DNA of 64,000 bases from positions 111,836 through 175,835 of the IMG/VR virus record IMGVR_UViG_3300033076_000838, one strand, 5' to 3'. The notes under the pieces were generated by a model that was not told the origin of the DNA, ran no database searches, and saw nothing but the letters and a program-made list of their open reading frames with translations. The translations under genes and the position numbers were made by a program. This document shows positions 10,427 through 19,741 of the stretch, piece after piece (the first letter of the stretch is position 1; every line of letters starts with the position of its first letter). Source of the DNA: a virus. Taxonomy: Duplodnaviria > Heunggongvirae > Uroviricota > Caudoviricetes.

Positions 10427-10638
10427 ATCATATAGTGAAATAAAATATATACTAAAATAGTAGGAAAATCGAATAGTTTCGTTTATTTATCGGTATTTAT
10501 ATTCGTATAAGTTTTCCCCTAACACTTACCGATGATAACGATGAACTATATTTACACTATTATAGATGGAATAAATAATGGTATTATACTAATGATAGGC
10601 ATTGGTATGATATGTTACCTAATTAAAAAAAATAAACG

Positions 10639-10836
10639 ATGGAACAAATAATCGGCGGTTACAAAGAATTCGTAGTAATAGAAAGAGAATTACTAAACGA
10701 ATTATTAGAAGAAAGTAAAGACTATACGAATAGTAAAGGACTACATGCAAAGGGTATCGGTAAAGGAATCGAACGAGCAGTAGAACGAATCAAAGAGAAT
10801 AACATATACAACAAAGATTTTCAGATTAAAAAATAG
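10639..10836 (+). CDS. small hypothetical protein
   Basis: ORF track. Confidence 0.35.
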   Translation: MEQIIGGYKEFVVIERELLNELLEESKDYTNSKGLHAKGIGKGIERAVERIKENNIYNKDFQIKK

Positions 10837-10839
10837 GTT

Positions 10840-11211
10840 ATGAAAAGGTTTATAATCACACTTATTCTTATACTAGGAGTATCAATACAATCACAATCTC
10901 AAACCAAATCGGATAGTTTGCGTATAAACGAAATAGATAATACCTTACGAGAGTATGGTAAACAACAAACGTTATCAAACAAAATAACAATAGTATCCAT
11001 AGCAACAATAGGAATAGGTACTATATTAGGAATACCGGCAGGAACACTCTTAGTAGTCAACACAATAGCAGATTTAACCACAATCCTAATAAGTAGCAAA
11101 TCAAATAAACGATTAAGCAAACATAAATCAAACCCAACGGATACAACCCGCACGAAGGCCACGGAAGGGAATAGGACCGATGGGATAGGAATAAACTATA
11201 TAGTACAATAG
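10840..11211 (+). CDS. secreted or membrane protein
   Basis: N-terminal signal-like segment and a mid TM segment. Confidence 0.4.
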   Translation: MKRFIITLILILGVSIQSQSQTKSDSLRINEIDNTLREYGKQQTLSNKITIVSIATIGIGTILGIPAGTLLVVNTIADLTTILISSKSNKRLSKHKSNPTDTTRTKATEGNRTDGIGINYIVQ

Positions 11212-11312
11212 TATAAACTACAATACACTATAACACAACTAATCACAACTACAATCGATATGGTCGAATCCCTTTGGCCGGAGTCGTCAACTAAAATTTT
11301 TTTGATAGTAAT

Positions 11313-11498
11313 ATGAATGAATTTAATCAATTTCTACACACACTAGCAGATAGTGAATACTCAATGGAAAGGAAAACACAAATGTTAAGAATGGTAATCG
11401 AAGACATCCAATCCTACGGAATAGGTAGTGATGAGAATATAAAAGGACATTTAAATATAATAACCGATATAATAAACACACACAATGAATTGGATTAA
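11313..11498 (+). CDS. small hypothetical protein
   Basis: ORF track. Confidence 0.35.
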   Translation: MNEFNQFLHTLADSEYSMERKTQMLRMVIEDIQSYGIGSDENIKGHLNIITDIINTHNELD

Positions 11499-11709
11499 AC
11501 ACTATAAGCAAAATCATCAATGGTTTACCACTATGAGTAAATCATACATGCATGGAACACCAAAATTACAATATTGGTTTAGATACCCTATTGCGTATGT
11601 AAAGTATATGATATGGGCAATGAGAGGATGTATCCATTGGGAACGAGAAACCCATACGTTGCGTAACACTAATCATAATTCAGACTCACATAGTAGTAAT
11701 AAGAACTAA
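11485..11709 (+). CDS. small hypothetical protein
   Basis: ORF track. Confidence 0.3.
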   Translation: MNWIKHYKQNHQWFTTMSKSYMHGTPKLQYWFRYPIAYVKYMIWAMRGCIHWERETHTLRNTNHNSDSHSSNKN

Positions 11710-12677
11710 GTAGGGAATAGTAATCAATAAGACAATGATAAGGATAAACTCAGTCTAAATGAGAATATCCTTTTTTTATGTCCATACGATAACACACCCA
11801 GTACACATACACACTATAACGCACTATATAGTCGAGATAGGGATAGTATAAAGAAAAGAGTACCAACCCTTCACTCCTGAGCTTGTAGTATCCAACTCCT
11901 GAGCTCACACAAGTAGAGAGAATCGAGAGTGCTGAGACCACTGAAAAACATAGGGATTTTAAGGGGTGCTGAGGGGGATTGAGTGCCCATGCGATGAAAT
12001 TATTCTACCCTATTGGAATTAACCTCCCATTTTCCATCTAAGCGGGTCATATGAGGATGTTTGAGTGGGCTATGAGACTAAAAGGTTTGAAAATGGTTAA
12101 TGTGCGATAATCGGATTTTGATGGATTTGGCCATTTTCTCCCACATTTCGACACTATAGCAATATAATTCATAAGCATATACGCATTCTTTGTCACAAAA
12201 ACAAATTTTTATATCCATATTTTCATATACTTTTATACACATATGTAACGGCTTTATTCACATTTGTAAATCGGACATAATGTCATAGTGCCAAAGTCCT
12301 CTCGATTGCAGTATTATCAAGGATATCCCCAATGCGTTGAATGAATTGCAAATCGTTTGAATACGACATATTGTCATAGTTTTTATTTGGAATTGTGAAT
12401 TTTTTTTCGTACCTTTATAGGGTGGGAGGGCGGTAAGCGTTTGACTGACGTTGCCCAGTTTAATTTCCTTCGTGACTAGACAGAAATATAAATGGTTGAT
12501 AATCAGTGCGTTCCCTCTCTTAGAAAAATACAAATCCATTTTGTTATATAATTTACATTATGTTAAGTAGAGTGGCCTGAGATTAGAATAGTCCAACGAA
12601 TCGCAACGCACTGGAAGTCAACGAGTTAGCTAAACGTCTGATAGTCAATCGAGAATTTTTAAAAAAAGTAGGGAAGG

Positions 12678-12720
12678 ATTTGGTAATCTCAGCATTCTCT
12701 CCTATCTTAGCTATGTAATC
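12678..12720 (+). promoter_or_regulatory. phage promoter cassette (variant)
   Basis: ATTTGG ... TTAGCTATGTAAT about 10 nt before the ATG at 12733. Confidence 0.45.
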
Positions 12721-12732
12721 AAATGATAAGAT

Positions 12733-12954
12733 ATGTTAGATACAATTAAAATGAAATTCTTTTTGAAGATGAGGGAAATAGAAGAACAACGAGATGAGAC
12801 AATGTCTGACCCTAAGTTCCAACAATGGATGAGGGAGTTGAATGTGAGTCAGTCTTATGAAGACCCTACCTCTAAGATTAACGCAAAGGAGTTACAATCG
12901 CAGTATGGTTATCATGGTGCTAGGGGGTATAAGGGAATAAACTTTAAATTTTAA
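12733..12954 (+). CDS. hypothetical protein
   Basis: ORF track; GC-richer codon usage. Confidence 0.4.
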   Translation: MLDTIKMKFFLKMREIEEQRDETMSDPKFQQWMRELNVSQSYEDPTSKINAKELQSQYGYHGARGYKGINFKF

Positions 12955-12959
12955 TTATA

Positions 12960-13061
12960 TGGGTACGCACATTAGTATTTTAGAAGCAGTGGTCATCGCA
13001 GGTCTAGTCCTATTCGTTTACGTTTTTATTAAGACGTGGATGGAAAAAGATGAGAAATAAT
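12960..13061 (+). CDS. 33-aa single-TM peptide
   Basis: MGTHISILEAVVIAGLVLFVYVFIKTWMEKDEK; not in the ORF track (too short). Confidence 0.2.
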
Positions 13062-13102
13062 TTGGATATATCAGATTTTATTCGTATCTTAGCTTTGTAA
13101 TA
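13060..13102 (+). promoter_or_regulatory. phage promoter cassette (TTTGGATATAT-N-TTCGTATCTTAGCTTTGTAATA)
   Basis: Full consensus copy, but no ORF follows for about 340 nt. Confidence 0.6.
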
Positions 13103-13104
13103 AT

Positions 13105-13330
13105 GATACACCGATTGAGATGTTCTCTAGGAGGTATCTAAGATATAGAACATAAGTCCCTATAGGCGATGAAAGATACTCGGGCAATATCTATTGACAC
13201 TCTATCCGTAGTTGTAGGGGTACACTATGTGGTAGACTAAAAGGGAGGTCCTCTCATTCTCTCCTATCCTAAATGTTCGTTCTGAACTACCCACTCCGAA
13301 GATTGACCTCCGCGGGGTGGGTTTTATTTT
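13105..13330 (+). ncRNA. candidate small noncoding RNA (promoter-to-terminator unit, about 225 nt)
   Basis: A consensus promoter directly upstream and a GC-rich hairpin (CCCACTCCG...CGGGGTGGG) followed by a T-run at 13290-13330; no ORF longer than 25 codons. Confidence 0.4.
13290..13330 (+). terminator. intrinsic terminator
   Basis: A 9-bp GC-rich stem plus TTTTATTTT. Confidence 0.55.
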
Positions 13331-13389
13331 GCCCCTACTATATAGTATGACACATTGTCAGTAAAAAAAATTAAAAAAAGTGATAAAAT

Positions 13390-13442
13390 ATTTGGATATA
13401 TGGAGATTTATTCGTAGGTTAGCTATGTAATAAATGATAAGA
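13390..13442 (+). promoter_or_regulatory. phage promoter cassette
   Basis: TTTGGATATAT...TTCGTAGGTTAGCTATGTAATA upstream of the ATG at 13447. Confidence 0.55.
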
Positions 13443-13446
13443 CACT

Positions 13447-13671
13447 ATGACAAACGAAATGATTAAAAAGGAATTTGATGTGGAATACTTAGTAGATATG
13501 GCGTTAGATTCCCTAAAAGATGGTGATAGTATAGAAGATATGTTAAGATGGGTTCTACTATCTGCCAAGAGTGATGAGTGGTTTGAGGGTAAGTATCCCA
13601 ATAAATGTTCCGATAAGGAGTATGATGGTAATGAGGTTATATTTTACAACATTAAAACAATAGGTCAATAA
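13447..13671 (+). CDS. hypothetical protein
   Basis: ORF track. Confidence 0.45.
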   Translation: MTNEMIKKEFDVEYLVDMALDSLKDGDSIEDMLRWVLLSAKSDEWFEGKYPNKCSDKEYDGNEVIFYNIKTIGQ

Positions 13672-13672
13672 T

Positions 13673-13912
13673 ATGAGATATTCAGACAGTAAGATTCAAG
13701 AATTGGTTAAAGTAATAGGTAAAGAGGTATCAGAGAACTTCTCCCCAACCCTACGAGCTAAGTTGGTAAGTATTAATGAGTTCGCAGGTATGTGTACTAT
13801 GGAGGTTGTACCATCCCCATATGAGGGAAGTTGGTCTGCTTCTCAAAACTACACTGCTGGGCATAGGTATGAGGCCCCTATCTATCGTATCCACAACGCG
13901 TTCTTTTTCTAA
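13673..13912 (+). CDS. hypothetical protein
   Basis: ORF track. Confidence 0.45.
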   Translation: MRYSDSKIQELVKVIGKEVSENFSPTLRAKLVSINEFAGMCTMEVVPSPYEGSWSASQNYTAGHRYEAPIYRIHNAFFF

Positions 13913-13928
13913 AAATAATCCATAAAAT

Positions 13929-13972
13929 ATTTGGATATATCAGAAAAAGGTTGTATGTTAGCTTTGTAATAA
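13929..13972 (+). promoter_or_regulatory. phage promoter cassette
   Basis: AATAATCCATAAAATATTTGGATATAT...TTAGCTTTGTAATA. Confidence 0.55.
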
Positions 13973-13984
13973 GAGATAAACGTT

Positions 13985-14215
13985 ATGAATAATATGAACA
14001 CTGCCCTACTAAGTAATCCCAACAATCCCCACTACTTCATATGTGAGGGTGAGATTAACATCATTACAAGAGATACCAACCTAATCGATTTCCTTCCGTT
14101 TAAGGATGCCAAAGAAGCAGGTAAGTATGCTAAGAGTTTAGGTAAAGGCCACTTCGCAGTATTCGCCACTCATTTCGAATGGGAGAAGATGGTAGGATAT
14201 TGGGGCATAAAATAA
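13985..14215 (+). CDS. hypothetical protein
   Basis: ORF track. Confidence 0.45.
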   Translation: MNNMNTALLSNPNNPHYFICEGEINIITRDTNLIDFLPFKDAKEAGKYAKSLGKGHFAVFATHFEWEKMVGYWGIK

Positions 14216-14236
14216 TTCAAAAAAAAGTGAAGAAAT

Positions 14237-14280
14237 ATTTGGATATATCGTATATTCTTCGTATGTTAGCTTTGTAATAA
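14237..14280 (+). promoter_or_regulatory. phage promoter cassette
   Basis: TTTGGATATAT...TTCGTATGTTAGCTTTGTAATA. Confidence 0.55.
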
Positions 14281-14306
14281 GAGATAAACATTTAAAACAT
14301 AAAGAT

Positions 14307-14888
14307 ATGAAAAGTAAGAAAATCGGTTTGGTAATTGAAGGTATTAAGTTTGAGATTAAGGCGGAGGCGTTAAGAACTACTGATTATTGGGGTAAACCTA
14401 TTGAACCTAAAGTCTATGGTTCTGGTCCTATCGCTGGTGCTATGGTTAAGACATTTGTTAAGACCAAATACCCAAAGGTGGTTTGTTCGGTTAAATCATC
14501 ATCCTTTGCGAATGGTAACTCCTTAGATGTCTATGTTTCCTATCCTAATGGTAGTGAGGTAGAGAGTGAGATTTTCTCTGACATCGCTCGTTTCGCCAAT
14601 GCGTTTGAGTATGGTAGATATAATGGTTGGAATGAGAGTTACGAATCATATGAGGTGAGTGGTTTGAAAACTGATAAGGGAACTGAAATCGAAGCGGGTG
14701 TTAAGTATGTTCATGTAAATAACAAACCTGCCTTTGGTACTCCTGGTGATGTGGTTCGTATGTTAAGAGGTATGATTGCCGGTGAGTATGTATGGGGACC
14801 GATTTCCTTAGAGGAGGCGATTAAGAGAGTTAAGAGTTACAAGGTATCTGATTCTAACATTTCAAAAGCCTTACCTTACCTTGCGTAA
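14307..14888 (+). CDS. hypothetical protein
   Basis: ORF track. Confidence 0.5.
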   Translation: MKSKKIGLVIEGIKFEIKAEALRTTDYWGKPIEPKVYGSGPIAGAMVKTFVKTKYPKVVCSVKSSSFANGNSLDVYVSYPNGSEVESEIFSDIARFANAFEYGRYNGWNESYESYEVSGLKTDKGTEIEAGVKYVHVNNKPAFGTPGDVVRMLRGMIAGEYVWGPISLEEAIKRVKSYKVSDSNISKALPYLA

Positions 14889-14945
14889 CACTAATAATAC
14901 AAACAGCTCACTATATAGTATATAACACATAAAACAAATAAACAA

Positions 14946-15203
14946 ATGTATAAGATTCAAAAAGACGGTAGTTACAAATACAAAAACGTAAAATTCGTAG
15001 ACGTACCGCACCCAGTATTCCAAACTATGGTAGAGATAGAGAAAGCACCAGCAAGATTACGCTCTCTCATAGGTAAGAAGTATGTGACAGTAGAAAAGGC
15101 TATCATCGCAGTAGATGTACTCTCAGCAGAAACACTCATAGATAAAGGATACAAAGAGGCAGTGAAGGATATGCAAGATGCAGGACTTGCCTTAGATTTG
15201 TAG
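14946..15203 (+). CDS. hypothetical protein
   Basis: ORF track. Confidence 0.45.
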   Translation: MYKIQKDGSYKYKNVKFVDVPHPVFQTMVEIEKAPARLRSLIGKKYVTVEKAIIAVDVLSAETLIDKGYKEAVKDMQDAGLALDL

Positions 15204-15408
15204 TGGAGGGGGGGGGGTACGCTTGACCAGCCCCCACCGAATTTCTTGTAACTCAGGAATTTCGATTTTGGTATAGGGGGGCTCGTATTCGTTTTATTGT
15301 GCGGGCTAGCTTTTTCACCCCTAGGAAAAAACAGGCTACCTACCCCTAAGGGCTTGCGTTGTGTGTCAAAAGAGATAATGAGTCAATAACAATTATATAA
15401 CAGGTATT

Positions 15409-15702
15409 ATGCCAACAAATACAAATAAAAGATATGGGAATAAAGTAAACCCATATGAATTTACTCCATCTCATGTAAAGGGATTAGAAAGAATGGCAAA
15501 GTGGTATGGGGAGAAGAAAGGGAATACTATTTTTGAAATTCATTTGAATTGGGGTCTATGTAATGTCCTACGTTATGATGGGAGGAGTTGGGGAGAGTAT
15601 ATTACTAACTATATAGAGAGGGATAGATATGGGGATGTTGCAAAGGTGGTACTTAATGAGTTGAGGTCAATCTACTTGCAGTATATAGGGGAGAGTAAAT
15701 AG
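15409..15702 (+). CDS. hypothetical protein (Trp/Tyr-rich)
   Basis: ORF track. Confidence 0.4.
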   Translation: MPTNTNKRYGNKVNPYEFTPSHVKGLERMAKWYGEKKGNTIFEIHLNWGLCNVLRYDGRSWGEYITNYIERDRYGDVAKVVLNELRSIYLQYIGESK

Positions 15703-15741
15703 AGTGATGGGTTGGTACTCTTTTTTTAAACTATAAAGAAT

Positions 15742-16044
15742 ATGGATATGGAAGATAAGATAAAGTATATGGAAACCATGAGGGATTGGTTTCAATGGGT
15801 ATTGCATTTAGAGGATGTGAATGAGGGTATTCGTTGGAGGTATAGAGGTCGTGCGGGTGTGTATGTTACTACATCGGAAATAGTGAGGACTCTGAATACC
15901 ATGATAGGGAAGTATATTATAGGATGTACTATGGAAGATAGGGATAGGGGTACTCTTAATCTATATAGGGAGTTTTATAATAGGAATAAGGAATATAGGT
16001 TTGTTAGTAGGACTACTATTTATACTCTTATTACTACTATATAG
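15742..16044 (+). CDS. hypothetical protein
   Basis: ORF track. Confidence 0.4.
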   Translation: MDMEDKIKYMETMRDWFQWVLHLEDVNEGIRWRYRGRAGVYVTTSEIVRTLNTMIGKYIIGCTMEDRDRGTLNLYREFYNRNKEYRFVSRTTIYTLITTI

Positions 16045-16112
16045 TGAGTCAATTGTATTGTTAGTGTTACCGAAGATTTGGTTATTTGAAAAATTATTAG
16101 TATATTTGGATT

Positions 16113-16358
16113 ATGAAACATGAGATATTAAAACCTAAACAAAGGGATTGGTTAGAATGGTTATTGGGAGATGGTAGGTATTGGATGGCTATTCATATCA
16201 ACGCACCGGAGAATATAGAACGTATTCGTTGGACTTGTATAAATGGGATATATGAGGTGGGAACTAAACAACTACTCAATTTTCTTTTAATTCGATTTAA
16301 TGAGAATGAGGAGGCTAAGAAGGATTGGAGGAATTTTCAAAAATATAAAACAATGTAA
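16113..16358 (+). CDS. hypothetical protein
   Basis: ORF track. Confidence 0.4.
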   Translation: MKHEILKPKQRDWLEWLLGDGRYWMAIHINAPENIERIRWTCINGIYEVGTKQLLNFLLIRFNENEEAKKDWRNFQKYKTM

Positions 16359-16724
16359 ATGAGAAAGAACTCAATGTGGAGTGCATTAAGAACATCACCC
16401 GTACCAAATCACGTAGAGATGGACCCGATGTATGTTAAGTGGTTAGAAGGTATCGCAAAGATGTGGGGATGGTATAATGGTGTATATGATATTGCACCGG
16501 AATTAGTATGGAGGATGCCGAATGATGGTACGTTTCATAAATCGCACGATGTTCTATTGTTTGAAACCAAAGATATAAGGGAATACCTATCCGATGTCTT
16601 AGATAGGAGGTATTGGAAGGAAGAAGAAAAATATATTCTTAATGGGATACGGAAGTTCTACTTACTAAATCAAAAGTGGGGGATGGATGTAGAAAGGTAT
16701 GTAACAACAATAGTGACCATATAA
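16359..16724 (+). CDS. hypothetical protein
   Basis: ORF track. Confidence 0.4.
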   Translation: MRKNSMWSALRTSPVPNHVEMDPMYVKWLEGIAKMWGWYNGVYDIAPELVWRMPNDGTFHKSHDVLLFETKDIREYLSDVLDRRYWKEEEKYILNGIRKFYLLNQKWGMDVERYVTTIVTI

Positions 16725-16762
16725 TTTGGATATGTGGAAATAATTTCGTATCTTTAGGTATT
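16724..16762 (+). promoter_or_regulatory. phage promoter cassette
   Basis: ATTTGGATATGTGG...TTCGTATCTTTAGG. Confidence 0.5.
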
Positions 16763-16788
16763 CTAAAAATCGGTTAAAACGACAACAT

Positions 16789-17076
16789 ATGTCAAACATT
16801 AAAATATATAATCCAAAAACCTTTGAAGCCGGATATAAGTTATATGTGGAACAACGGAGTGGTCTGATGAAAATCCGTAATTGGTTAGTAACTTTGGATA
16901 CGAATTGGACATTACATATTTTTAAAGATACTGACCCTACCATACGAGATGTGTATGGTAAAGATTGGGTAATGGAAGTTATAAATGAGGTAATTACGGA
17001 TAATTTCTATACCGAAAAGCAAAGAGAAATATTAACAGCAATAAGAACCGAATACATTTACAATGCCAGTATATAA
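16789..17076 (+). CDS. hypothetical protein
   Basis: ORF track. Confidence 0.45.
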   Translation: MSNIKIYNPKTFEAGYKLYVEQRSGLMKIRNWLVTLDTNWTLHIFKDTDPTIRDVYGKDWVMEVINEVITDNFYTEKQREILTAIRTEYIYNASI

Positions 17077-17305
17077 ACTAACCAATGACCAAAGAGACCT
17101 CTTATTAGCTATGATACAGGATTTCGGTCAATTCGATAATCAAGAAGGTATTATACAAGCACTTACCAAAGTATATAACGATGGTGAATATATGGGTGGT
17201 ACAAAGATATATCTGAATAGTGTTAGGGAAATTTGGTTAAAGGACATATATGGTGAAGACCTATCTTGTTGGCACGAACTTAGAGAAACAATTGAATGGA
17301 GTTAG
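17063..17305 (+). CDS. hypothetical protein
   Basis: ORF track. Confidence 0.4.
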   Translation: MPVYKLTNDQRDLLLAMIQDFGQFDNQEGIIQALTKVYNDGEYMGGTKIYLNSVREIWLKDIYGEDLSCWHELRETIEWS

Positions 17306-17330
17306 AGAAACAATTAAACTATAAAGGATT

Positions 17331-17585
17331 ATGAGTGGATTAAAAAAAGGAGTATTATTTGTGGCGGTATTACTTTTAGTAGTAACCTTTGTTAGAATGG
17401 TGGCGTTATTCTTACCAAACCCAAAAACCAAATACACTATCTACGCAGCAGATAAAGTATATCACTGCAACCAATTCGATGTAAGTGGTAATACCATCTA
17501 CTTTAAAGATGTAAACAAAAAGAATGTTTGTATCAACGGAAACTACACCCTTATTTACGAAACCGAAGATAAAATTAAAGAATAA
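17331..17585 (+). CDS. small membrane-anchored protein
   Basis: N-terminal TM segment. Confidence 0.4.
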   Translation: MSGLKKGVLFVAVLLLVVTFVRMVALFLPNPKTKYTIYAADKVYHCNQFDVSGNTIYFKDVNKKNVCINGNYTLIYETEDKIKE

Positions 17586-18076
17586 TGGAAGAGAAAGATG
17601 AATTAGGTATAAAATATACCGATATGTTGGCGGAGATAGCAAAATACTTAGATGAACTCAAAGCCCCATCATCAGAATCGTATTATCATTTTGAAGACGG
17701 AGATGATATATTCGGAGATAACACGGGCATCATAAACCAAGTCCTTAACTCCGGCACTACCATCACCTATGATAAAGAACATACCTTAACAAGAGATAAA
17801 GGTTATTTCGTTTATTGGTTGATGATGAACTTTGCGTTCTTAGAAGACCATGGCTTCAAATCTAAATATAATATTGACCCAGCAAAGATAAGTACTGGTT
17901 GGGGAAGAAGCATTCTTCATTCAGGTACCTACAATAACACCGATAAGGCATTCTTACAGGAGGTAAGTGAATGGATGAAAGAAAAAGATTGGGTTTACAA
18001 AAAACCTATCCTTAATGAACATAACGACACCTTACCCCTTATTCAACGCCTACCAATAGAAGCAATGAAACTATAA
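17585..18076 (+). CDS. hypothetical protein
   Basis: ORF track. Confidence 0.45.
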   Translation: MEEKDELGIKYTDMLAEIAKYLDELKAPSSESYYHFEDGDDIFGDNTGIINQVLNSGTTITYDKEHTLTRDKGYFVYWLMMNFAFLEDHGFKSKYNIDPAKISTGWGRSILHSGTYNNTDKAFLQEVSEWMKEKDWVYKKPILNEHNDTLPLIQRLPIEAMKL

Positions 18077-18402
18077 TGGAATCACTAACTATCAAACAAC
18101 AGGAATTCCTTCTTTGGGTCAATCGCAACTATGAATGGTTAAAGATTCGAGGCTTCGAACCATCCATACAATCTTTTCCACATTGGCTCTATGAAATCTT
18201 AAATACTGGAGAATACACCGAAGAAGATAAATTCCACATCAACTACACTATTAAGTTTATTAAATCGATGGGATTGACTACTTACAATTCGGATTGGACG
18301 TGGGATAAGAATGGTGCGGAATTAGATTGGTTGTGTAATGTGAGAGGAGTGGGTATAAGTAAAATCATAAATGGCGGAACTGCATTAGGAACTATCAAAT
18401 AG
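18076..18402 (+). CDS. hypothetical protein
   Basis: ORF track. Confidence 0.45.
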   Translation: MESLTIKQQEFLLWVNRNYEWLKIRGFEPSIQSFPHWLYEILNTGEYTEEDKFHINYTIKFIKSMGLTTYNSDWTWDKNGAELDWLCNVRGVGISKIINGGTALGTIK

Positions 18403-18444
18403 CCGTAGGTTTCAAAAAAGCGATTTTCGACTAAAACGAACAAT

Positions 18445-18822
18445 ATGAAATATAGAACAAGAAAACTGATTAAGCCGGAAGACCTGAATAGTAGGGGAAC
18501 TTTATTCGGTGGACAATTACTTAAATGGATAGATGAAGAAGCAGCAATCTTTGCAATGTGTCAACTATCTCGTCCAACCGATAATGAAGTGCCCAACATC
18601 GTAACTAAGGCGATTTCGGAGATTGATTTTAAATCATCGGCGTATGTGGGGGATATTATTGAGATTGGGTGTGGGTTGGTGGGATTCGGTAATACATCCA
18701 TTACATTAGAATGTGAGGTTCGTAATAAGTACACACAAGAGATTATTGTAAAGATAGATGAGATAGTATTTGTCCAATTAGATAAGAGAGGGAAGCCCAC
18801 TCCACATGGATTTATAAAGTAA
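18445..18822 (+). CDS. hotdog-fold acyl-CoA thioesterase-like protein
   Basis: N-terminal LFGGQLLKWIDEEAAIFA resembles the YbgC/4HBT thioesterase signature. Confidence 0.5.
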   Translation: MKYRTRKLIKPEDLNSRGTLFGGQLLKWIDEEAAIFAMCQLSRPTDNEVPNIVTKAISEIDFKSSAYVGDIIEIGCGLVGFGNTSITLECEVRNKYTQEIIVKIDEIVFVQLDKRGKPTPHGFIK

Positions 18823-18843
18823 AACGAATATTTGTAAAGTAAA

Positions 18844-19110
18844 ATGGATTTAAAGAACGCAATTGAAGGTAAAACTTATACGGTCTTATGTGTGCCTCGA
18901 AATGAACCTTGTCAGAATTGTACCCCTTGTCTCAAATTGAAGATAATGGAAATGGGGATATACCCATCCGAACGTATCTTAATGGAAGGAAAGAGATTAG
19001 GTATATGGATAGTTAAAATATTAGATGGTAGGGGTAATGTAACATCCACCCTTGCAATGAGGGAAAATGAGGTAGAAGGAATTGAAGTAGAAGAATATTT
19101 GGATATATGA
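18844..19110 (+). CDS. hypothetical protein
   Basis: ORF track; its 3' end overlaps the next promoter. Confidence 0.4.
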   Translation: MDLKNAIEGKTYTVLCVPRNEPCQNCTPCLKLKIMEMGIYPSERILMEGKRLGIWIVKILDGRGNVTSTLAMRENEVEGIEVEEYLDI

Positions 19111-19136
19111 AATATTCTTCGTATATTAGCTAAATA
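19097..19136 (+). promoter_or_regulatory. phage promoter cassette
   Basis: TTTGGATATATGAAATATTCTTCGTATATTAGCTAAAT. Confidence 0.5.
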
Positions 19137-19146
19137 AACAAACAAT

Positions 19147-19740
19147 ATGAATAGTAAACTATTATCAGATTTTGCAAAACCAACGATTATAACCGGTCAA
19201 CAATATGGTACGAAGATTTCCGTAGAAATAGACCATAGTGATACTGACATCGATGAGTTATTCGATGCATTCCGAACACTTGTGATTGGATTAGGTTATT
19301 CCGATACAACATGGAAACAATGTATAATGGAAAGAGCCGAAGAGTATAATGATGAGGAAAATGAAATTTTACAATCCCAAAAAGATAGGGAAACATTCTT
19401 TGATGCAATAACCAATCCAACCCAACCAACTCAAGATGCGATAGATGTAATTGAAAGGTATGTTGCTGGTTTAGATGTATCCCAAATAGATGATGCCCTT
19501 AATGAACATAATGAAAATGAGTGGAATGATGAGATGGAGAAACGATATTGGGAGAATGAAGGTAATGAACATATGCCACCGGAGTTAGAAGAACAATTTT
19601 GGAACGAACAACCACCAGAACCATTTGCAACACCAGAAGAGGTAGAAAAGTATAACATAGATGGTGAGTTTGATGATTATGGTAAACGTATAGTTAAAAC
19701 CACAAAGAAGGTTGGTAGACGAGGAATCAAAAAGAAATAA
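19147..19740 (+). CDS. acidic hypothetical protein
   Basis: ORF track; Glu/Asp/Asn-rich. Confidence 0.45.
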   Translation: MNSKLLSDFAKPTIITGQQYGTKISVEIDHSDTDIDELFDAFRTLVIGLGYSDTTWKQCIMERAEEYNDEENEILQSQKDRETFFDAITNPTQPTQDAIDVIERYVAGLDVSQIDDALNEHNENEWNDEMEKRYWENEGNEHMPPELEEQFWNEQPPEPFATPEEVEKYNIDGEFDDYGKRIVKTTKKVGRRGIKKK

Positions 19741-19741
19741 G

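Noticed and set aside
11236-11290. tRNA-like T-loop GGTCGAATCCC near 11255
   Set aside because: It lacks the T54-T55 dinucleotide, and no acceptor or anticodon arm could be built.
12258-12539. Minus-strand 93-aa ORF inside the 1-kb control region
   Set aside because: It is the only reverse-strand frame in a + strand-only block, it has low-complexity composition, and it spans the palindromic repeat sites. More likely non-coding.
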